Positions 24,835-24,951 of a DNA stretch of 24,951 bases are shown piece after piece. Under the pieces are notes generated by a model that saw only the letters and a list, made by a program, of their open reading frames with translations, made no database searches and had not been told where the DNA came from. Origin of the DNA: Lysobacterales bacterium (GTDB taxonomy: Bacteria > Pseudomonadota > Gammaproteobacteria > Xanthomonadales > SZUA-5); contig JALHMH010000054.1 of the NCBI GenBank assembly GCA_022844165.1, forward strand, positions 1 through 24,951. The letters run 5' to 3'. Both the position numbers and the translations under genes were made by a program. Positions within the stretch are counted from its first letter, which is position 1, and each line of letters begins with the position of its first letter.

Positions 24835-24951
24835 TGTCACTGACACCCTCAATAGAGCCATTTCGTGATCGGGTGAATAGAGCCACCTTGATGACGGCGT
24901 GATCGGCTGAATCGAGCCATTTGGTGATCGCTTCAATCGAGCCACTTTGTG
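24835..24951. mobile_element. Terminus of an IS21-family-like insertion sequence (runs off window)
   Basis: Begins 5'-TGT exactly where RAYT identity stops. Four ~20-bp direct repeats TGA.......AAT(A/C)GAGCCA at 24841, 24866, 24900 and 24925, the multi-repeat end architecture of IS21 elements. Confidence 0.75.

Noticed and set aside
24841-24944. 20-bp repeats as plasmid iterons or mini-CRISPR
   Set aside because: They follow a TGT terminus at an exact gene-interruption point, which fits IS21 ends better.

Overview
GC-rich gammaproteobacterial chromosome, most likely Xanthomonadales/Lysobacterales, inferred from the clpA-clpS/nudJ-mnmA and pdxH/aroK-aroB-WGR-hemE synteny, an exosortase H and a protease ending ...LFANGFE. 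Housekeeping genes are clpA, clpS, a NUDIX hydrolase, mnmA, pdxH, aroK, aroB, hemE, uppP and engB. An unusual accessory layer sits on top of them. (1) Three small CTAG-bounded repeat elements: A has no terminal inverted repeats (6 copies), B and C have TIRs. They stack end-to-end on shared CTAG sites, and A donates stop codons to two genes. A ~68-bp covarying hairpin module (D) is nested inside both A and B, always 3' of GGGTGA. (2) A ~1.3-kb islet bounded by a decayed second copy of the hemE 3' end carries a secreted 6-Cys peptide and a membrane-anchored CxxC redoxin. (3) Two tandem modules of a RAYT-like HUH/Y1 transposase, each preceded by an array of fixed-start repeats, bracket an orphan lipoprotein gene. 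The full-length copy has CTG where the other has ATG, and the second copy is cut by an IS21-type end at the window edge. All calls are by eye from sequence and translations; no searches were run.
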